The notes beneath the pieces are model-generated. The model saw only the letters and a list, made by a program, of their open reading frames with translations. It ran no database searches and was not told the DNA's origin. The position numbers and the translations under genes are program-made. A stretch of DNA of 64,000 nucleotides from an uncultured Rhodobacteraceae bacterium (GTDB lineage: Bacteria > Bacteroidota > Bacteroidia > Flavobacteriales > Flavobacteriaceae): contig CALSPC010000010.1 of assembly GCA_943788135.1 (NCBI GenBank), positions 7,848 to 71,847 of the forward strand. The letters are read 5' to 3'. Below are positions 59,338 through 64,000 of this stretch, piece by piece. The number at the start of each line of letters is the position of its first letter. Within the stretch, counting starts at the first letter, position 1.

Positions 59338-59394
59338 ATGAACCTTACGATAAACAATACTTGGTGGTGGTACTCTCGAAAACAAAATTCGTGA
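59338..59394 (+). CDS. trpL: trp operon leader peptide (18 aa, MNLTINNTWWWYSRKQNS)
   Basis: The short ORF has three consecutive TGG codons (59362-59370). It lies between a consensus promoter and a terminator hairpin, directly upstream of trpE. Confidence 0.6.
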   Translation: MNLTINNTWWWYSRKQNS

Positions 59395-59425
59395 CACTCT
59401 CTTATATGTTTAAATCAAAATATCT

Positions 59426-59454
59426 AGGCTTGTCATAACGACAAGCCTTTTTTT
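59426..59454 (+). terminator. Attenuator terminator in the trp leader
   Basis: AGGCTTGTC (59426-59434) pairs with GACAAGCCT (59440-59448) around loop ATAAC. A T-run follows and extends to the trpE ATG at 59455. Confidence 0.65.
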
Positions 59455-60855
59455 ATGAAAAAATTTGCATTAAAAACACATTACAAAAAAATACTTGCTG
59501 ATACCATATCACCAGTAAGTGTGTATCTTAAAATTAGAGATAAATTTCCAAATAGTATTCTACTAGAAAGTAGTGACTATCACGGAAATGACAATAGTTT
59601 TTCGTACATCTGTTGCAATCCTATAGCATCAATAAAAGTTGATGCCAATGTGGTTACTAAAACCTATCCAGATCAAACTACAACATCTACAACCGTTGCT
59701 GCTGATAAAGTGACATCAGAAATTGATGCGTTTACAAAACAATTTGACACACAGAAAGATACCAGTTTCAAGTTTATAAACAATGGAATGTTTGGATTTA
59801 CAGCCTATGATGCTGTCAAGTATTTTGAAGACATTCAGATTTCTAAAAAGGATAATTCAATAGATATTCCTGAAATGTATTATGCGATATACCAAAATAT
59901 TATAGCTATAAATCATTTCAAAAATGAAGCTTATATTTTTGCACATTGCTACAATACTGAAAGTAATATCGATGCGATTGACCATTTGATTAAAGTGCAG
60001 AGTTTTTCGTCTTATGATTTCGAATCAAAAGGAGCAATAAGTTCTAATTTGTCCGATGAAGAATTTAAATCTCATGTGGAGTTGGCTAAAAAACACTGTG
60101 GTCGTGGCGATGTGTTTCAATTGGTCTTATCCAAAAAATTTCAACAAGATTTTAAAGGTGACGATTTTAATGTTTACAGAGCTCTAAGAAGTATCAACCC
60201 TTCACCTTATCTCTTTTATTTTGATTATGGAAAGTTTAAAATCTTTGGAAGTTCGCCTGAAGCCCAATTGGTTGTCCAAGATCAAAATGCAGAAATTCAT
60301 CCCATTGCAGGAACGTTTGCACGTTCTGGTGATGATTTAAAAGATGCCGAATTAGCTAAAAAATTAGTTGCTGATAAGAAAGAAAACAGCGAACATGTAA
60401 TGCTCGTTGATTTAGCACGAAACGACCTAAGCCGTCATTGTACAGACGTTGTGGTCAAAAAATATAGAGAAGTCCAATTCTTTTCTCACGTTATTCATTT
60501 GGTGAGTAAGGTCATTGGAATCGTTCGAAAAAACACACCAACAATGCAAATTGTAGCCGATACTTTCCCAGCAGGAACACTTAGTGGTGCTCCAAAATAT
60601 AAAGCCATGGAACTTATTGAAACGTACGAAAAAACAAGCCGTGCCTTTTATGGTGGAGCTATTGGATTTATGGATTTTGATGGCAATTATAACCACGCCA
60701 TTATGATTAGAACATTTTTAAGTAAAAACTATCAACTGCATTGGCAAGCGGGAGCTGGAATCGTATCTAAATCAAGCTCAGACAACGAGCTTCAAGAAGT
60801 GTATAATAAACTAGGCGCCTTAACAAAAGCCATCAAACTTGCCGAAACCATTTAA
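59455..60855 (+). CDS. trpE: Anthranilate synthase component I
   Basis: The 466-aa protein has a chorismate-binding domain (NPSPYLFYF, GTLSGAPK, GAGIVSKS). Confidence 0.9.
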   Translation: MKKFALKTHYKKILADTISPVSVYLKIRDKFPNSILLESSDYHGNDNSFSYICCNPIASIKVDANVVTKTYPDQTTTSTTVAADKVTSEIDAFTKQFDTQKDTSFKFINNGMFGFTAYDAVKYFEDIQISKKDNSIDIPEMYYAIYQNIIAINHFKNEAYIFAHCYNTESNIDAIDHLIKVQSFSSYDFESKGAISSNLSDEEFKSHVELAKKHCGRGDVFQLVLSKKFQQDFKGDDFNVYRALRSINPSPYLFYFDYGKFKIFGSSPEAQLVVQDQNAEIHPIAGTFARSGDDLKDAELAKKLVADKKENSEHVMLVDLARNDLSRHCTDVVVKKYREVQFFSHVIHLVSKVIGIVRKNTPTMQIVADTFPAGTLSGAPKYKAMELIETYEKTSRAFYGGAIGFMDFDGNYNHAIMIRTFLSKNYQLHWQAGAGIVSKSSSDNELQEVYNKLGALTKAIKLAETI

Positions 60856-60859
60856 GCCC

Positions 60860-61426
60860 ATGAAGAAGATATTAGTCATCGATAACTACGATAGTTTTAC
60901 GTTTAACTTAGTGCATTACCTTGAAGATTTAGAGTGCGATGTAACCGTACTTCGAAATGATAAATTTGAACTTGAAGATGTTCAGCACTTCGACAAAATA
61001 GTACTGTCACCAGGCCCTGGAATCCCTGATGAAGCGGGGCTTTTAAAAGCCGTGATTAAACGCTATGCTCCTAGCAAAAGTATTCTAGGTGTTTGCCTCG
61101 GTCAACAAGCGATTGCTGAAGTTTTTGGCGGTCAACTCATAAATCTGGAAGAAGTCTTTCATGGTGTTCACACTGATGTCAATATTTGTATTGACGATGA
61201 AGCTCTATTTAATGGCATGGACAAAACTATTGAGGTTGGACGCTACCATTCGTGGGTGGTTGACCCGAATTTACCAGAAGTTTTAGAGGCTACTTCAGTC
61301 GATGAAAATGGACAAATCATGTCCCTAAGACATAAGGAATATGATGTGAAAGGCGTTCAATTTCACCCAGAATCTGTACTCACACCAAATGGAAAACAAT
61401 TATTAGAAAACTGGATAAATTCATAA
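60860..61426 (+). CDS. trpG: Anthranilate synthase component II (glutamine amidotransferase)
   Basis: MKKILVIDNYDSFT, the catalytic Cys in GVCLGQQAI, and FHPES are present. The start is taken at the Met after the trpE stop. Confidence 0.9.
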   Translation: MKKILVIDNYDSFTFNLVHYLEDLECDVTVLRNDKFELEDVQHFDKIVLSPGPGIPDEAGLLKAVIKRYAPSKSILGVCLGQQAIAEVFGGQLINLEEVFHGVHTDVNICIDDEALFNGMDKTIEVGRYHSWVVDPNLPEVLEATSVDENGQIMSLRHKEYDVKGVQFHPESVLTPNGKQLLENWINS

Positions 61427-61430
61427 ACAC

Positions 61431-62417
61431 ATGAAAGACGTTTTAAACAGACTCATTAATCACGAAACGATTTCAGCTGCCGAAGCCAAACAGATTTTGA
61501 TTAACATCTCGAAAGGGGATTATAACCAAAGTCAAATTGCGGCATTTCTGACTATTTTCATGATGCGAACAGTGACTCTTGAAGAGTTGAGAGGATTTAG
61601 GGATGCCCTTTTGGAACTCTGTATTCCTGTGGATTTAGCAGCCTACAATCCCATTGATTTATGTGGTACTGGTGGCGATGGCAAAGACACCTTTAACATC
61701 TCTACGCTTTCCTCTTTTGTCACTGCCGCTGCAGGTGTACCTGTAGCAAAACACGGCAATTATGGCGTGTCTTCTGCTTGTGGATCTTCAAATGTTTTAG
61801 AATCCTTGGGTGTGAAATTTTCTAATGATGTTGACTTTTTAGAACGGGCCATAGCCACGACAGGGATTTGTGTGTTACATGCCCCATTATTTCATCCCGC
61901 TATGAAAAACGTTGCGCCAATTCGACGCGAATTAGGAGTCAAAACCTTTTTTAATATGTTGGGCCCTATGGTAAATCCTGCCTTTCCAAAAAATCAAATG
62001 GTAGGAGTATTTAATTTAGAATTACTGCGGTTATACAATTACTTGTATCAAGATTCCGATAAAAATTATAGTATTGTTCATGACCTTGGCGGCTATGATG
62101 AAATCTCGTTAACCAATACTGTGAAAATTGTATCCAATCATTCAGAAGTGTTGTTTTCAGCTGAAGATTTAGGCTTACAGAATAACACTCAAGACGCTAT
62201 TTTTGGCGGAAATACGGTCGCTGAGGCCTCAAAAATATTTAAAACTATCATTAGTGGAAACGGCACAGATGCACAAAACAATGTGGTTTGCACCAATGCT
62301 GGCCTCGCCATTGCGACGGCTAAAAAAATAACTCATGTTGAAGGCTACGAATTGGCCAAAGAAGCTCTTTTTTCTGGAAAAGCAAATGAATGTCTCACAA
62401 AATTAATCGCCTTGTAA
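61431..62417 (+). CDS. trpD: Anthranilate phosphoribosyltransferase
   Basis: CGTGGDGKDTFNIST and KHGN motifs are present in a 328-aa protein. Confidence 0.9.
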   Translation: MKDVLNRLINHETISAAEAKQILINISKGDYNQSQIAAFLTIFMMRTVTLEELRGFRDALLELCIPVDLAAYNPIDLCGTGGDGKDTFNISTLSSFVTAAAGVPVAKHGNYGVSSACGSSNVLESLGVKFSNDVDFLERAIATTGICVLHAPLFHPAMKNVAPIRRELGVKTFFNMLGPMVNPAFPKNQMVGVFNLELLRLYNYLYQDSDKNYSIVHDLGGYDEISLTNTVKIVSNHSEVLFSAEDLGLQNNTQDAIFGGNTVAEASKIFKTIISGNGTDAQNNVVCTNAGLAIATAKKITHVEGYELAKEALFSGKANECLTKLIAL

Positions 62418-63205
62418 TGAGCAGTATTTTAGATCGTATTGTAGCAGATAAACGTCTCGAAGTTGCCCTTCGAAAACAATTGATTCCAGTAAAACAACTG
62501 GAACAATCTGTATTATTTGAACGCCATTGTCCATCCCTAAGTACGCGATTAACGGAAAGCACTTCTGGTCTAATTACAGAACACAAACGCCGCTCCCCAT
62601 CAAAAGACTGTATCAATCAGGATTTAAATGTTCAAGACGTGGCGCAAGGCTATGAATCGGCAGGTGCCTGTGGAATGTCGGTGCTAACAGATATGAAATA
62701 TTTTGGGGGGAGTTTAGAGGATTTATTGACGGCTAGAGCCAGTTGCGAAATGCCTTTACTTCGAAAAGAATTTATTATTGATCCCTATCAAATTGTGGAA
62801 GCAAAAGCGTATGGTGCCGATGTCATTCTGCTTATCGCAGCAATTTTGACTCGAGAAGAAATTCAAGTATTTTCAACACTCGCACAAAGTTTGGATATGG
62901 AGGTTTTATTGGAAATTCATAACGAAGACGAGCTGCACAAATCTGTGATGCCGTCGCTCAATATGATTGGAGTCAATAACCGAAACCTTAAAACATTTGA
63001 AGTCAGCCTAGAAACGAGCAAAACACTCAGTACGCTTATTCCGGATGATTTTGTGAAAATTTCAGAAAGTGGGATTCGAACTGTGGAAGATATCCAAAGT
63101 TTACAACCTTTTGGTTATAAAGGGTTTTTGATTGGTGAGAATTTTATGAAAACAGATAATCCTGGTGCTAGTGCATCAGCATTCATAAAACAATTGAACG
63201 GATGA
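62417..63205 (+). CDS. trpC: Indole-3-glycerol-phosphate synthase
   Basis: ITEHKRRSPSK and LLRKEFIIDPYQI motifs are present. The start is placed at the TAATG overlap with the trpD stop; the ORF-track start at 62390 is an alternative. Confidence 0.88.
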   Translation: MSSILDRIVADKRLEVALRKQLIPVKQLEQSVLFERHCPSLSTRLTESTSGLITEHKRRSPSKDCINQDLNVQDVAQGYESAGACGMSVLTDMKYFGGSLEDLLTARASCEMPLLRKEFIIDPYQIVEAKAYGADVILLIAAILTREEIQVFSTLAQSLDMEVLLEIHNEDELHKSVMPSLNMIGVNNRNLKTFEVSLETSKTLSTLIPDDFVKISESGIRTVEDIQSLQPFGYKGFLIGENFMKTDNPGASASAFIKQLNG

Positions 63206-63818
63206 AACTAAAAGTATGTGGCATGCGCTATGATGACAATATTCAGTTGATCGCTGCGATCAAACCTGACTATATGGGCTTTATCTTTTTTGAAGGTTCG
63301 TCGCGTCATGTGTCTGCAGCCACACCTACTCTTCCGGCTAGTATAAAAAAAGTTGGCGTTTTTGTGAATGCTTCTTATGATACTATTGTCGAAAAAATCA
63401 ATACCCACAATTTACAAGCAGTTCAATTGCATGGCGAAGAAACGCCTGAATTTTGCAAATCACTGCAAACACTTCATATAGAAATCATTAAAGTATTCTC
63501 CATTAAAAACGAGTTTAATTTTGATTTACTCTAGCCCCTTATGAAACCGTTTGTGACTTTTACCTCTTTGATACCAAAGGCCCATTGGCTGGCGGGAATG
63601 GGTATTGTTTTGACTGGTCTGTTTTAGAATACTATCCTTCAACAAAACCCTATTTTTTAAGTGGTGGTATCGGATTAGAAAATTTAGACCAGTTACAAGA
63701 GTTTAAAACAAGTGAGGCAGCAACCTACTGTCATGCGGTGGATGTGAATAGTAAATTTGAAGATTCACCCGCAAAGAAAAATAAAAATAATTTAGAAAAA
63801 TTTAAACATTTATTATGA
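63202..63818 (+). pseudogene. trpF: Phosphoribosylanthranilate isomerase split by one frameshift near 63530-63536
   Basis: The N-terminal ORF (MKLKVCGM ...) stops at 63534. The product continues in another frame from ~63533 (APYETVCDFYLFDTKGPLAGGNGYCFDWSVL...), joining ORF 63585-63818. Confidence 0.8.
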
Positions 63819-64000
63819 GTTATCACGTGAATGAAAAAGGCTACTATGGCCAATTTGGAGGGGCATTTATTCCAGAAATGTTGTATCCCAATGTCGAAGA
63901 ATTACGTCAAAATTATTTGAAGGTAATGGCGGAACCTGATTTCAAAAAAGAGTTCGACCAACTCTTGAAAGATTATGTAGGCCGACCAACACCATTGTAT
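63815..64000 (+). CDS. trpB: Tryptophan synthase beta chain, 5' part (runs off the window)
   Basis: The ATG at 63815 overlaps the trpF stop (ATGA). The translation MSYHVNEKGYYGQFGGAFIPEMLYPNVEEL matches the conserved TrpB N-terminus. Confidence 0.85.
   Translation, partial: MSYHVNEKGYYGQFGGAFIPEMLYPNVEELRQNYLKVMAEPDFKKEFDQLLKDYVGRPTPLY

Noticed and set aside
59338-59454. TRAP-type ((G/U)AG triplet repeats) or T-box control of the trp operon.
   Set aside because: The leader has no series of spaced GAG/UAG triplets, no specifier-loop/T-box sequence and is far too short for a T-box. The tandem TGG leader ORF explains it better.

Overview
This window is an AT-rich chromosomal segment that I assign to a Flavobacteriia-class Bacteroidota genome. 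The grounds are T9SS type-A and type-B C-terminal sorting domains, a PorP/SprF gene, a split transketolase, TTG-N19-TAnnTTTG promoters and a MerR-crtI-crtB-crtZ-cyclase cluster. About two thirds is ordinary housekeeping: accA, an EamA permease, an LptF/G permease, tgt, an LTA-synthase-like sulfatase, split transketolase, aroK, tRNA-Lys and tRNA-Leu, the carotenoid operon, aconitase, a MoxR ATPase, SurA/PpiD-like chaperone genes, guaB, a TonB-dependent receptor, HMG-CoA lyase, and a trpEGDCFB operon at the right edge. The remaining third (31.7-52.5 kb) is one ~20.8 kb minus-strand reading frame for an SprB-like giant repeat adhesin, followed by its PorP/SprF-type partner. That frame is broken by at least ten frameshifts confined to a 2.2 kb patch. 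Three more genes (a two-parvulin PPIase, a nucleotidyltransferase and trpF) each carry one frameshift, so assembly quality versus real gene decay must be settled first. Other points worth follow-up are: a Trp-Trp-Trp leader peptide plus terminator in front of trpE; a secreted 110-aa protein built from six ~13-aa Y-x-NQA repeats next to a T9SS-secreted endonuclease I; a CGHC thioredoxin-fold lipoprotein divergent from the Cys-rich adhesin; and a four-gene thioredoxin/rhodanese operon. I saw no CRISPR array, rRNA, transposase, integrase, phage module or recognisable defence system, and I do not claim a clearly novel system here. All product calls come from motifs read in the supplied translations; no database search was possible.
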